The translations under genes and the position numbers were made by a program. Below, piece by piece: positions 63,861 to 64,000 of a stretch of DNA of 64,000 nucleotides; within the stretch, counting starts at the first letter, position 1, and every line of letters begins with the position of its first letter. The stretch is from Candidatus Gastranaerophilales bacterium (GTDB lineage: Bacteria; Cyanobacteriota; Vampirovibrionia; Gastranaerophilales; Gastranaerophilaceae): positions 282-64,281 of the forward strand of contig CALVEN010000007.1 in assembly GCA_944326585.1 (NCBI GenBank). Direction: 5' to 3'. The notes below the pieces were generated by a model. It worked only from the letters and a program-made list of their open reading frames with translations, made no database searches and was not told the DNA's origin.

Positions 63861-64000
63861 GTCGTTATGGTAATACCTGTAAAGTATCTTGTTGAAAGCA
63901 CGATATACAAGCTAATCAGCAATACAAAGAGCATATATAGAGTCAGCCTCGCGTGAACTTGATTTGCCAGCGCAAGTCCTAATAACTTCGAATTGGCGAA

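Noticed and set aside
63686-63956. Three short ORFs (82, 65 and 64 aa) at the window end
   Set aside because: They are translations of the GC-rich hairpin module cluster (PLPLGEGW..., SERQRRIP...). They overlap one another on both strands.

Overview
AT-rich bacterial chromosomal segment, mostly housekeeping genes. I did not identify the taxon. A long ThiE, an LdpA-like Fe-S protein, HydF and many prepilin-type genes suggest an uncultured gut lineage such as Melainabacteria, but that is only a guess.

Core genes:
- yceD-rpmF-plsX-fabH, and fabD-fabG-[toxin-antitoxin insertion]-acpP-fabF
- recA, rpmB, grpE-dnaJ, thiE, manC, murA, mfd, a PrsA-like isomerase, rsmD, fixCX, gatA, hydF, speE, nagZ, pgeF, a CCA-adding enzyme, and ssrA (tmRNA)

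Accessory content:
- A complete type V-A CRISPR-Cas locus: cas12a-cas4-cas1-cas2, a leader, and 15 repeats with 14 spacers, all on the minus strand. cas1 is broken by a 1-nt deficit in an A-run.
- A Fic protein between that locus and ssrA.
- Two toxin-antitoxin pairs: RelE/HigB-like with an HTH antitoxin, and HEPN with MNT.
- A 1042-aa SF1 helicase fused to a DUF559-like nuclease.

The feature I rate highest is a family of six prepilin-type (AFTLAEVLITL) paralogs. The five whose 5' ends lie in the window each carry the same cassette: an extended -10 (TGATATAAT; TGGTATATT at the 43441 copy), a Shine-Dalgarno sequence (SD), an ATG, a few codons, then a G8-G11 homopolymer. A long stop-free 'leader' follows, built from GC-rich palindromic modules, and runs up to the prepilin cleavage motif.
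- Four copies are out of frame by exactly one G.
- The fifth is in frame and its tract is interrupted (G8-A-G).
- This looks like a slipped-strand phase-variation system acting on unusually long modular leaders. Homopolymer under-calling in the assembly is the main alternative.

The same palindromic modules also occur outside these genes: in frame inside mfd, and as intergenic hairpin clusters, one of them a 147-bp element with perfect 18-bp terminal inverted repeats.
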